From positions 32,001 to 96,000 of the IMG/VR virus record IMGVR_UViG_3300032249_000861: a DNA stretch of 64,000 bases. One strand, given 5' to 3'. The notes beneath the pieces were generated by a model that did no database searches, was not told the DNA's origin, and saw only the letters and a program-made list of their open reading frames with translations. The translations under genes were made by a program, and so were the position numbers. Below, one piece after another: positions 54,069-64,000 of this stretch. Source of the DNA: a virus. Each line of letters begins with the position of its first letter. Position 1 is the stretch's first letter.

Positions 54069-57000
54069 ATGCCAACAAGACCGTGTAGTTCTGAACCTAA
54101 ACAGATTGCTCAAACACTATTTTTAGGAGCTAGCGTAGCTAGTTATAGCACTAATGCTGGTTGGGGTAGTCAACCATCTCAAATTACTGTTAATCTTATA
54201 GAAGATGAAGTTGCACCAAAATGTTTGCCAAGCACCAATGGTACTCCTACTGGACAAACATACAATCAGTTTGCTGCTTCTAGTCATGGTAGTGAAGATG
54301 ATCATTATACTACTTGTGAAGGAATTGGTTGCTATGTTGATAAATATAGTGGAGAAGCTGCCAGCAATACCACTCCTGTTGAAAATCGTATTCTCCCAGG
54401 AAAAGTTTATTATTTTTTAGATACCGATGGAGGCTTAAAGTCTCGTTATTGGAAAAAACCAGATCCTGGATTTTTTGGAAATAGCACAAAAATAGATGAT
54501 AATGGAGCTGATCAAACCGCAGGCACTACAACATATAAATATGATATTATTGATACTCCTGTTTATTTTAAAATGGGTAAATTTACTTTTGGAGGTTTTG
54601 TACAATCTTGGTCAAGAAATTTAAATAGTGGAGGAAAACAATATAGTGTTATAATTAATGGTCCATCAGCTATCTTAAAATCTTGTTATGTTATATTAGA
54701 TAAATTTGCTGGAGCAATTTTTAGTAAAGCCACTTTAGGCAATCCGTATTATGGTACTCCTAAAAATTATACCCAAGCTAATGGCAATGTTACTTATGAT
54801 AATACTGATTTAAACAGGGGAATTTTGCCTAATGTTTTTAATGTTTATGGTTTTTTAGAATCTTTTGGCACAAATAATTTTGGCGGTTCTGGTAAAAACG
54901 AAAATGGAGTTAGTCTTAACTATGTTTTAGACGCTCTGTCAATATTAACATCAATAGCTCCAGGGACTACTCAAGGATTGTGGGCTACTGGAACAACACT
55001 CCCTAGATCAGCATTTTCTCCATTTGGACGAATAATATCCAAATGTATGGCAAAAGATAAAGCAAATAGTGAGATATATAACACTATAGGAACTGGTTTT
55101 TCTTCGTTTGGAATTATTCCACCACAAGTAGCAAACATGGGCGCCCCAAACACCGAAGGAGGAAACAGATGTCAATTTGCTTTAGATTTGAACGAACTTA
55201 TCTACTCAGATCTTGCCAGAACAGTTAAACGAATGCCCGATGACATTAGAACAACTGGACCAGTAATGAGTATTATGGATCTTATTGATTTGGTTGCTGA
55301 AAAAACAGGACAAGACATTTTTATAGAGATGATTCCTACACTTATTAATGGTGTTGTTACGCACGTTATTAAGGTCAGGACTATTTCTCGTTTAAAGCAA
55401 CCTATTCCTAATGTTATTGAGAGCACTATAAAAAATATGCAATGTAATGGATATCACATATCCTCAAACACTTTTGGAAAAGAAAAAAACGAAACTCCAT
55501 CAAGAGCAATGATAATTGGTGGACAACAGCAAAGGCTATACCAGGTTAAAAGTTATAGATTAGCATATTCTCAGTCTAATTTTATTTATAATCCTAAAAC
55601 AGGTACTTTTGTTAACTACAGAGTATATAATCAACCCAATAGTAGTCCCTCTTCTCTGACCTTATTTAATTCAACCAACCAGTATGGTCACGGAAAGATA
55701 AAAACTGCTAATTTTTGTACCACTCGTAATAAACCATTAACAGACTACATAAATGCCAACAATGGATTTTCTTATCATGATATAGTGAGCGACGAAGATA
55801 AAATTGTTGGAACAGCAGCTAGTTTTACCTCCGGAGATGCCACATGGGCAGACACAAATGAAACAGGTAGCGGACTAGATTGTATTACTGGTAATTATAG
55901 TGGCACTATAAAACTAAGACCCAATGCTAGTCCAACCCCAGATCAAGACAGATGGATACCATTATATATGGATACTATTTGTCCATTTTTTGGATTTGTT
56001 AACGACGACACTGCTACGATTTCTGTTAACACAGCTAATTCTGACACCAATACTGACAGTAGACGAATTCGTCCCGTTTGGCTAGACTCATGGACTGGAC
56101 AAATAAACGTTGTAATAAACGTTAATGAATTACCAGAATTAAACGTTAATTTAACTAGAGCCAACCTTGTTGGAGGATCTTTTAATCTTCCATATACTGT
56201 TGCTCGACCTATTATTGGTCCACAACGCGTCTTTAATAATACCGGATCATTAGCGTCTCTACCAAACTCAGAATATTTCTATATTACAGAATCAGAGATA
56301 CGGGCAGCATTGGCTGGTTTTGATAATTTCTTAGTTTATTGTTTATCGAAAACATATAAACCAGATTTAATAGAAATGGTTAGAAGAGCATATTTTCTAC
56401 AAACAAGAAAGAAATTAACAGACTTAGGAGTTTCTACTACTGAAGCTGAAGCAATTGCTTTTAAAGAAACAGACTGGTATTGGAAATTAATGGGAGGTAA
56501 TATAGGCGGAGACTCGTTATATCCAGTACCAATTAGTCCAGACAAAACTGACGGAAGTCAGTATATCCAGGAAAAAGCATTACAAGACTTGAAACTATTA
56601 CATAAGTTTGTAAGCGGAGTTGGTAAACACTATGGTAAAAAATATATGGTTACAGCATGGAATTTACAGGCTTATAAAGACGAAAGTTTATTCGGTGCTG
56701 CTTTTAGTACAACACAGGGATATGGATATGTTTTTTCTGGAGATGGTAAGTTAACATATAACTATACTCCAACAAATGATGGAGCTTGGGAAGAATATGG
56801 TAATATTATTGATGATAGTATTGTTGTTGGAAGTCCTGAGTGGTATTCTATAACAGATGAACAAGGTAAGATCAAGCCTATACTAGGATATAATAATAAC
56901 TACAATTTTGACCATGTCAGATATGCAAAATGCATGGTTGCTAATAATACTAATTTTTCCAACACTAGTAACGAGTGGAATCAATCAAAAGCTAATCCAT

Positions 57001-60000
57001 ATTTTAGTTTTAATACTTGGTTAACTTTGCAAGAGGCTAAAAGAACTACTTGTTCAGATACTTATGTTTTTCCATCATTAGACACTTCGTCATTATCTAC
57101 TTCTGAATATATCGTAATTAATCAAAAGGGCCAACAAACAGCGACTCATGGTTTTGTTACTAGTGCTGGAGGAACGTTCGGTGCAATATCATTAAGTAAT
57201 GCGTTAAATTCTTATAATGCTTGGGGTGAACAGCTTAAAACAATAAATTCCGAGGGAACAACGGTAGCACTAACAAAATCCAAGGTATATATACCTACTA
57301 CAGTAGAAGAAGACTATATTTTCTTAGATCCTATCAACAGAGAGTATGCTAAAATACTTATTGATTCTCCAGGATTGAGTTTGTATTTATCTAGCGAAGA
57401 AAATGCTAAAGATCCTAATAGAACAGTTATCTCTAATGTTGCCTCAGAGGATCTGATTGTTTATTTAAAAACTCATAATGTTTATGATTATGATTGGATA
57501 AGATACATGTTGAGCTATATCGTCCCCATGAGTCCTACTAATGCTATTTTGGGCGGAGACATGTTATATGGTACTCTTGCTGCTAGTAGCAATACTACAG
57601 CCAACAATGTTGAACTGGCACCCAAAGCTGCTCATCCATTCTTTGCAGCAATACCTATAAAGTCTAATGTCTGTGTTTATGGTCCATGGACTAATTATCC
57701 AAATATACGAGGAGTAGATATTTTCCCCAATAGTACTACTGTTGAGCAAAATACTACAGTCTCTCCAATAACATGCACACCATCGTCTTTTGTTACAACT
57801 GCAGAAGCAGCAAAAAAAGCAATCAATAATATGATTACTTCTGTAGAAATTGATGTTCAAGAAGATTTTGTTCCATGGAATTATGGTGGAATGTATAGTC
57901 TAGATATTGCTGCATTTAAAGAAATTGAGACAAAAATAAACTATCAGTCCATAATAGAGACCGCACAAATAGAAATGCCAGGACTTCCATTGTTTAGTCT
58001 TGGTGGATCTTTTGTTTATGCTAATCTTAATTTAAATTATCAAGCATTAACAACTAGGAATATCTCATATACTGCAAGAAATTATACTCCTTCTGTTTTG
58101 GTTGATTTAACATATGCCGGTGGTGGTTTGGTTTATAATCCTAATTCTATTAACGATAATGCATTCACATATTCTGTTGTAGACCTTAAACCAAATGCTA
58201 ATACTGTTCAAGGTCCAATTATTACTAGTATTCAAACATCAATTGGACAACAGGGCATTAGTACAACTTATACTTTTAGAACATATACTAGAAAAATTGG
58301 ACTATTTAATAAAGAAGAAAATGATCGAATGAAAAAATTAGCTAAAATAAATATACAACGAAATAAGCAAATAGCTAATCTTCATACGCAAATGCAAAAT
58401 GTTAAGCAACAACAGCTTAAATTCATGACCGACGAAAGACTTAACAAGGCAGAATTTGGTAGTAGTGACTTATCTTCTAAGCTATATGGTTGGAGTCCTA
58501 GTATGGTAATTATTGGACAAGCAAGACCTTATATTGAAGAACCATTAAGAACTCCTAAGTATATTGAAGATTTTACCTTAAATAGTAATCCTGGTGGTCT
58601 GGGTACTCAACCAGGAACGCCTACAAACTGGAGCGTTCCATACGGAAGTGATCAGGGAGATTCATCGTCAGAAAAGAATGGATTTTTGACAGGCACGAAC
58701 AATGCCAGAACTTTTCTAAAGAGCACAGGAAGAATAACATCAACAGTTCAACTATATGAAAGAAAAGAAGTTAATGGACAATTAGACAAAGACTACGGTA
58801 TGCAATCTGCAATGAGTTTGGACGGTTTGTTATCTCCAATATCTTTTTATCCAACAGATAGAAATTCTACGTTCAGCTATTCTTTGCATGATACTGGTAG
58901 ATGTCCATTTTGTAAAGGTACAAAGGTTAGAAGTGTTGAGACTGTAGAATATTTGTCTAATGGAGCAAAAAATAAAGGAACTATCAACATAACTTGTGAT
59001 AAGTGTACATATCTTAATAAAAAATTAAATGCTGTTTTAAATATTGAAAATGCTGAAGTTCCAATCAATCTTATTACTTTAAATCCTATTATTGTTCCAA
59101 AAGGAGAATTTAAAAATAGTAATAGTCAAAACTATAGTGGTAATCATCCTGATAAATTACATACCGACCTATCTAATGTAGGAGGGTATTTAGGTCAAAC
59201 ACGATATTTTAGAGACAGATTAAGACATTGTATAGAAATTGTAGCACGAGGGTCTGTTCCTCAATCAAAAGCAGGATACGCTCTAGAAACTAGTCGGAAC
59301 GTTAATGAAGCTAGCAGTAATATTACTGCTGATAAATATAATTTAGATTATCATAATGAAGATATTATGCTTAGTCATATGAGAAGTAAGTATGGAGACA
59401 ATAATAATAATACTATAGTTCATGAAAATAATCAAAGATTTATTGGGTTGCGAGGCCCTCTAGTACTACACTCTTGGGGATATGATCAAGATGGATATCC
59501 AGCCCCTAATGCTGCTGATGAACCATATCAATTTGACTCTTATGGTCGCCCTATGAGATTTAAGATAAAGATTGTTCGTAATCCAACAACTAAAAAATAC
59601 AAATCATTAAGTGTTGGAGATGCTTTTTCGTTATCAACAGAAGCAAACGCAGCTGTTTATGCTAAAACTTTTAATAGTCAATATATTCCAAGTACAGTAA
59701 CAGATACCACAGATGTCTATCCTGTAGAACTAACAAATAATCTAAGGCTAGACGGAGGATTTGATCCTGCTCAGGGGTATACTGGAGACATTATTGGTAA
59801 AACACAAAAGTGGAATGGTAGTCGCTGGAGTGAAAAGGTTCTTACCAATGACTTTTATTTAAACTGGGCAGAAAGACCTGATTTATGGAAGGTTGGCCCA
59901 GTTGATTTGGTGTGGGACGAAGAAAGAAGAGTTTGGACAGGGGGTAGTGGAGGGGAGGAGTTGATGCCGCCATATGTTATGACCAATAGTAATGATATTA

Positions 60001-60482
60001 GTTCATTAGATGACTTTTTAAAGAAAAGAAAAAAGAAGAAGGCTTCATACCAGCATATTTATGCAACATTGGAAGAAGATTTAATTAAACAAACAGATTT
60101 TGATGAAACATATGCTACAAGAGCTTTTATCGATGATATAGAATATTCGAAAGACCCATTGCTAAGTGGATATAGGCGCTTAATATATATTAAAGATAAA
60201 TGTGGATATACTGCTCCAAGAGGAACCAAGCTTCTGTGCAGATACAATAGAGTCACGGGATTCTATGAACCAATTAGCAAACCAGTTATTATGGCCAAAG
60301 GATCAATTGTTAGTAGCAATAAAGCAACAATAGAGTTACATTATGTTCAAGGCAGAAGATCAAGTACGGTACCAACAGTTTTAATGGATTATACAAACCC
60401 AATGGCGTTTACAACAACTACAAAATCAATAGGAATGTTTACGTTTATTAATGGGATGTGGACTTTAATTTCTATCAAATAA
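54069..60482 (+). CDS. putative tail-tip hub / central fibre protein (2137 aa)
   Basis: N-terminal hub-like strands (QPSQITVNLIED..VYFKMGKFTFGGFVQSW); later AQIEMPGLP..ITSIQTSIGQQGISTTYTF plus a coiled coil; CxxC..CxxC at 58902-59006. Confidence 0.55.
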   Translation: MPTRPCSSEPKQIAQTLFLGASVASYSTNAGWGSQPSQITVNLIEDEVAPKCLPSTNGTPTGQTYNQFAASSHGSEDDHYTTCEGIGCYVDKYSGEAASNTTPVENRILPGKVYYFLDTDGGLKSRYWKKPDPGFFGNSTKIDDNGADQTAGTTTYKYDIIDTPVYFKMGKFTFGGFVQSWSRNLNSGGKQYSVIINGPSAILKSCYVILDKFAGAIFSKATLGNPYYGTPKNYTQANGNVTYDNTDLNRGILPNVFNVYGFLESFGTNNFGGSGKNENGVSLNYVLDALSILTSIAPGTTQGLWATGTTLPRSAFSPFGRIISKCMAKDKANSEIYNTIGTGFSSFGIIPPQVANMGAPNTEGGNRCQFALDLNELIYSDLARTVKRMPDDIRTTGPVMSIMDLIDLVAEKTGQDIFIEMIPTLINGVVTHVIKVRTISRLKQPIPNVIESTIKNMQCNGYHISSNTFGKEKNETPSRAMIIGGQQQRLYQVKSYRLAYSQSNFIYNPKTGTFVNYRVYNQPNSSPSSLTLFNSTNQYGHGKIKTANFCTTRNKPLTDYINANNGFSYHDIVSDEDKIVGTAASFTSGDATWADTNETGSGLDCITGNYSGTIKLRPNASPTPDQDRWIPLYMDTICPFFGFVNDDTATISVNTANSDTNTDSRRIRPVWLDSWTGQINVVINVNELPELNVNLTRANLVGGSFNLPYTVARPIIGPQRVFNNTGSLASLPNSEYFYITESEIRAALAGFDNFLVYCLSKTYKPDLIEMVRRAYFLQTRKKLTDLGVSTTEAEAIAFKETDWYWKLMGGNIGGDSLYPVPISPDKTDGSQYIQEKALQDLKLLHKFVSGVGKHYGKKYMVTAWNLQAYKDESLFGAAFSTTQGYGYVFSGDGKLTYNYTPTNDGAWEEYGNIIDDSIVVGSPEWYSITDEQGKIKPILGYNNNYNFDHVRYAKCMVANNTNFSNTSNEWNQSKANPYFSFNTWLTLQEAKRTTCSDTYVFPSLDTSSLSTSEYIVINQKGQQTATHGFVTSAGGTFGAISLSNALNSYNAWGEQLKTINSEGTTVALTKSKVYIPTTVEEDYIFLDPINREYAKILIDSPGLSLYLSSEENAKDPNRTVISNVASEDLIVYLKTHNVYDYDWIRYMLSYIVPMSPTNAILGGDMLYGTLAASSNTTANNVELAPKAAHPFFAAIPIKSNVCVYGPWTNYPNIRGVDIFPNSTTVEQNTTVSPITCTPSSFVTTAEAAKKAINNMITSVEIDVQEDFVPWNYGGMYSLDIAAFKEIETKINYQSIIETAQIEMPGLPLFSLGGSFVYANLNLNYQALTTRNISYTARNYTPSVLVDLTYAGGGLVYNPNSINDNAFTYSVVDLKPNANTVQGPIITSIQTSIGQQGISTTYTFRTYTRKIGLFNKEENDRMKKLAKINIQRNKQIANLHTQMQNVKQQQLKFMTDERLNKAEFGSSDLSSKLYGWSPSMVIIGQARPYIEEPLRTPKYIEDFTLNSNPGGLGTQPGTPTNWSVPYGSDQGDSSSEKNGFLTGTNNARTFLKSTGRITSTVQLYERKEVNGQLDKDYGMQSAMSLDGLLSPISFYPTDRNSTFSYSLHDTGRCPFCKGTKVRSVETVEYLSNGAKNKGTINITCDKCTYLNKKLNAVLNIENAEVPINLITLNPIIVPKGEFKNSNSQNYSGNHPDKLHTDLSNVGGYLGQTRYFRDRLRHCIEIVARGSVPQSKAGYALETSRNVNEASSNITADKYNLDYHNEDIMLSHMRSKYGDNNNNTIVHENNQRFIGLRGPLVLHSWGYDQDGYPAPNAADEPYQFDSYGRPMRFKIKIVRNPTTKKYKSLSVGDAFSLSTEANAAVYAKTFNSQYIPSTVTDTTDVYPVELTNNLRLDGGFDPAQGYTGDIIGKTQKWNGSRWSEKVLTNDFYLNWAERPDLWKVGPVDLVWDEERRVWTGGSGGEELMPPYVMTNSNDISSLDDFLKKRKKKKASYQHIYATLEEDLIKQTDFDETYATRAFIDDIEYSKDPLLSGYRRLIYIKDKCGYTAPRGTKLLCRYNRVTGFYEPISKPVIMAKGSIVSSNKATIELHYVQGRRSSTVPTVLMDYTNPMAFTTTTKSIGMFTFINGMWTLISIK

Positions 60483-60485
60483 TCA

Positions 60486-63400
60486 ATGCTATCATCTAGA
60501 CTCGTAGATACAACCGACAAGTGCGATATTATTAAAACATCACTAAAAGATGATTTGTATCCATACACAATATCTTCTGACGGCTCTATAATAAATTATA
60601 GCAATGGCTCTTCTCTAGTAATAAATTATAACCAACTTTCAGCAATAGGAACTTTAGCAAGTCAGTCTTATTCTTCTATTAATACTGACGCCATGGCCGA
60701 CTGTTGGTTGCCAGTTATCGTAGATAGTGACACGTATGTTAGTAATAAGATGCTTTCTGATGATGGTAGTTATGCAAACGCTAATCCCGCTTTATCAAGT
60801 GGTAGATTAGGAATAGAGAACTTTTTATCTTTTACTCCAAGCTTTCGTAATTTCTCTAATGTTGGACAAATGTCTATTGACTGGTTATTAAGTCGTCATA
60901 ATGTTCCATATGCAGTATATTACGGAATAATGTGTTGGGTAAGAAGAAATAGCACTTCTAATGTTATGACTATAGGAGGGTCTTCAGCAAAGCTAGAAAC
61001 TTTTCCAAAAGGCACAAGACTAAAACACTCATCAAGACCAAATGATATTTTAATTAAAATTGATAATAATACATTATTTGTTGTTAATAGTCAAAGATAT
61101 GTTGTGGGTACTTCTATAACGTATAACGATGAAAACACTTTTATACTTCAAGCGGGCACAATAACTCCAGATAACTATTCATTAGCAGATAAATCTATTA
61201 AAGAAACATGGACAACATTATCTACCACAACATCAACAGAGACATTGGACGGCTTTCCAATACAGGGCTTAACAAACAATGTTAGATTGTGGATTCCTGA
61301 TGGAGATTGTTTTTTTTACTACGAATCAGAGCCAGAAAAAATAGTAGCAGAGGCAGCTGGTGTACCAACCAACGGCTTTATTTCGCCTTGCCTAACAAGA
61401 TATTACACCTCTATATATAGAGTACTAACACTTGATCAACCAAGAAGTTTTGCTAAAAAGAATCTGAAAATTTCTAGATGCTATAGAAAAATAGCCCATG
61501 CATTGAGTACTAGTCCTTTTATTGGAGAATTTGCAATAAGAGCATTAGACTGCAAAGACATAAAAGGTATTGTTGATACGTATGTAAGCTCTAGTGCACT
61601 ATCCCGAGACATTAATCAAGAAAAAACTCTTTTAAAAACCGCACTTAAAGATATTAGCTTATACTTACAAAAAACTATTACTACAGGTAATGGAACTTCT
61701 AATACCGGTATATATATTGACACAAAGCCTTCTCCGTATAGTTTAAATAACAATTTAATAGCAAATAAAAGTCAACTGTTTAATAAACTAATTACAAAAT
61801 ATGGCGCTGGGCTATTGATCTCCTCTTCTTCGACGCTTATAGTTAATAATTCTCTATTTAAAGATAATACTGGCGTTGTTATTACTCAGGCAATGGACTA
61901 TTATTGTCCCAAAAACACAACCAATTCTTTGTTGTTTAATAATCAAAGAATATCCTATGACGGGACAACAATACAAACAGTAATGAGTAGTACAGAGTCT
62001 AAGCTTTCTATACAGAATACTATAGACAGAGAAGAGACTGTATCAATACCTCTTTATGATATTGCTAAACCAGATATCGATGGTAATAATTCATTAATCT
62101 GTCCCACACTACTGTATTTAGGATATATCGAGAAACGATATATGTCTAATGATGTATTATATCATCCTCCAAATACATTAATTAATGCCAGTTTGGTATA
62201 TAAGTATGCTATGAAAACCTCCTCATACATTGCTATCGACGGTACTATTAAAGATAATCCGGTATTGATAAAAGGAGAAGAGGCCGGGCCGGAATTAGAT
62301 GCTATGGATTTACTACTAAATGTAAGAGATGATGATAGTTTATTATTGCATGAGACATATATAGAAAATCAAATGTCCTTTTACTGGGAAAAGTTATCAG
62401 GTCCAGAGGACTGTGAATTTATAGAAAACAATGGGGGTTTCATAAATAGTGCCAAACCATCTAACACAACAGCCAATAGTAGGTTTATACAGCTAAAAAT
62501 TAAAAATTCTGGTAAATATGTTGTACAATGTACTGTAAACTCTCCTTATGGAACATTTAAAAAACAAAAAACTATATATGTTTATGATGGGGCTGATCTT
62601 ATAGAAAGGTATAACGACAATGGAGCACCTGCTACATATGTTCCCAATCCCATGATAAATAAGTGGTATGATGAAAATAATCAAATATGGACTACTGTTC
62701 CGGTAATACCAGAAAACGATCCAGAATTTCAACCTATTCCTCTTAATAGAGACAAATTAAGAGTTAGATGCAGTAAATTTAGTAGAGTTGCTATTAGTCA
62801 AGTGGGCGGAGTATTCGCTCCAATAAAAACGGGATTTACCGTTAAAGAATTTATTGGAATGGCAGGATCAGCACCTGCTAAAGAGGTTACTAAATTAGAT
62901 GAGTTATATAAGTTTTCAACAAAAAAAGCATTTACTCCGACAACATCTGCTAGTTTAAGTATAACATATACTCTAGAATCTAATACTATAGCTAAAATTT
63001 TATCAATATATATTGAAAAAGTAAGGAGTAATGCTACAGGATGCGAACAATGTTATAGTTTATATGAACCCAAATTACGGGCAGAAAAAACTACAGTATT
63101 TACAGGATCTAGCAGAGTGAATGCTGTACGGTACAATCGTATTAATAAATCTCCAGAAGGTTTTTTGTTTTATAAGTACAAGAGCAACATAGATGGAACA
63201 TCAGCTAATTCGATTGAAACAGTGTCCTTTGGATATCCGGAAATAACAACAAAAAACTCACCGCCGGTAAAAACATATGGAGGATATAATTTAAGTACTA
63301 TTAACAGTTTTAATATTCAAAACAATATTAATAATACTGTTTATAACTCTATTATTCCTGGTTTACCAACTCCTACTGTTAATGTGGGAGATACCAACTC

Positions 63401-64000
63401 TATAGCTGCTGCACAACCTTCAACGCTACCTCCTGTAACAGGTTTTCCATTAGACGTAGCTAATGACGAAATTCCAGGTAAGCACAAATTATGTTACCAG
63501 AGACAATTACCATATGTAGGTGGCGGACCTATAACATTTAATAAGGGAGTTTTACATCCAAACAGCGGATGGATACCACACACATCTGATGACTACGCCA
63601 TTCATGCTAATCGTAGTAGTGTTTTAAAGTTTAACCCAGGCGCTAGAAGTACCTTTAGTTTTATAGGCCCAAAACTATCTAATATTAGTTCAACGTCTGC
63701 AAATATTTCTAATAATGTTGTTGAGCCAAATATCTTATCTAGTTCTATCGATTTGAAAATATCTCCAGGTGTTCAGTGGGATCCAGATTGTGAATGTGCA
63801 TCTAGCCCGGGTGGCTCGGTACAAATGTATAATGATAATCAAAAACATAAAGAATATATTGATACAACAACAAATAGGTCATCTCATGGATATAGATATT
63901 TAAATGGTGGACAGCCTAAACCATTAGAAAGAACAGCACTAACTAATGAAGCAACATATAATGACGAATTTGGAACAGATCAAGATGAGGATACATTCTC
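60486..64000 (+). CDS. large 3'-truncated tail-associated protein (more than 1170 aa, not in ORF track) with a PKD/Ig-like domain
   Basis: ATG 4 nt after the previous stop (MLSSRLVDTTDKCDIIK...); frame open wherever spot-checked up to the window end; FYWEKLSGP...GKYVVQCTVNSPYG at about 62370-62590. Confidence 0.75.
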   Translation, partial: MLSSRLVDTTDKCDIIKTSLKDDLYPYTISSDGSIINYSNGSSLVINYNQLSAIGTLASQSYSSINTDAMADCWLPVIVDSDTYVSNKMLSDDGSYANANPALSSGRLGIENFLSFTPSFRNFSNVGQMSIDWLLSRHNVPYAVYYGIMCWVRRNSTSNVMTIGGSSAKLETFPKGTRLKHSSRPNDILIKIDNNTLFVVNSQRYVVGTSITYNDENTFILQAGTITPDNYSLADKSIKETWTTLSTTTSTETLDGFPIQGLTNNVRLWIPDGDCFFYYESEPEKIVAEAAGVPTNGFISPCLTRYYTSIYRVLTLDQPRSFAKKNLKISRCYRKIAHALSTSPFIGEFAIRALDCKDIKGIVDTYVSSSALSRDINQEKTLLKTALKDISLYLQKTITTGNGTSNTGIYIDTKPSPYSLNNNLIANKSQLFNKLITKYGAGLLISSSSTLIVNNSLFKDNTGVVITQAMDYYCPKNTTNSLLFNNQRISYDGTTIQTVMSSTESKLSIQNTIDREETVSIPLYDIAKPDIDGNNSLICPTLLYLGYIEKRYMSNDVLYHPPNTLINASLVYKYAMKTSSYIAIDGTIKDNPVLIKGEEAGPELDAMDLLLNVRDDDSLLLHETYIENQMSFYWEKLSGPEDCEFIENNGGFINSAKPSNTTANSRFIQLKIKNSGKYVVQCTVNSPYGTFKKQKTIYVYDGADLIERYNDNGAPATYVPNPMINKWYDENNQIWTTVPVIPENDPEFQPIPLNRDKLRVRCSKFSRVAISQVGGVFAPIKTGFTVKEFIGMAGSAPAKEVTKLDELYKFSTKKAFTPTTSASLSITYTLESNTIAKILSIYIEKVRSNATGCEQCYSLYEPKLRAEKTTVFTGSSRVNAVRYNRINKSPEGFLFYKYKSNIDGTSANSIETVSFGYPEITTKNSPPVKTYGGYNLSTINSFNIQNNINNTVYNSIIPGLPTPTVNVGDTNSIAAAQPSTLPPVTGFPLDVANDEIPGKHKLCYQRQLPYVGGGPITFNKGVLHPNSGWIPHTSDDYAIHANRSSVLKFNPGARSTFSFIGPKLSNISSTSANISNNVVEPNILSSSIDLKISPGVQWDPDCECASSPGGSVQMYNDNQKHKEYIDTTTNRSSHGYRYLNGGQPKPLERTALTNEATYNDEFGTDQDEDTF

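Noticed and set aside
1498-62732. Numerous short minus-strand and nested plus-strand ORFs in the track
   Set aside because: They lie within long coherent + strand genes and have shadow-ORF composition, for example V/G repeats opposite T/P tracts.
1-64000. Stop-codon reassignment as in some large phages
   Set aside because: Genes tile densely under the standard code, and TAA, TAG and TGA all end genes right before the next start.

Overview
The whole 64 kb is a single + strand, tightly packed, AT-rich virion-morphogenesis region of a large tailed phage. No sheath gene is visible, so the tail is probably non-contractile. Gene order: truncated P-domain structural protein; putative head-tail connector and terminator genes; three tandem paralogous tail-tube proteins; paralogous tail-assembly-chaperone-like genes; a terminator hairpin; a 7574-aa tape measure protein (TMP); about 19 kb of fibre/adhesin genes; putative distal-tail and hub proteins; and a large ORF missed by the ORF track that runs off the end. 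The standout is the TMP. It reads as a polyprotein: a normal tape-measure core, then cassettes delimited by about 30 [FYLM]-x-x-G-G motifs and five copies of a DT(I/V)PAMLTPGEFV module. The cassettes carry a thermonuclease with intact catalytic motifs, two PD-(D/E)xK-like nucleases, a P-loop kinase, a HIGH-type nucleotidyltransferase, a HAD phosphatase, two HExxH metallopeptidases, EF-hands and SHD1 domains. I infer a proteolytically processed, injected multi-effector payload. Three fibre genes carry a circularly permuted FGE-sulfatase (C-type lectin fold) domain, and three others are built from an unfamiliar ~130-aa Cys-rich repeat. SHD1, EF-hand and FGE domain types suggest a Planctomycetota/PVC host. 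All domain calls are by eye from motifs; no searches were run. Sub-gene coordinates are approximate.
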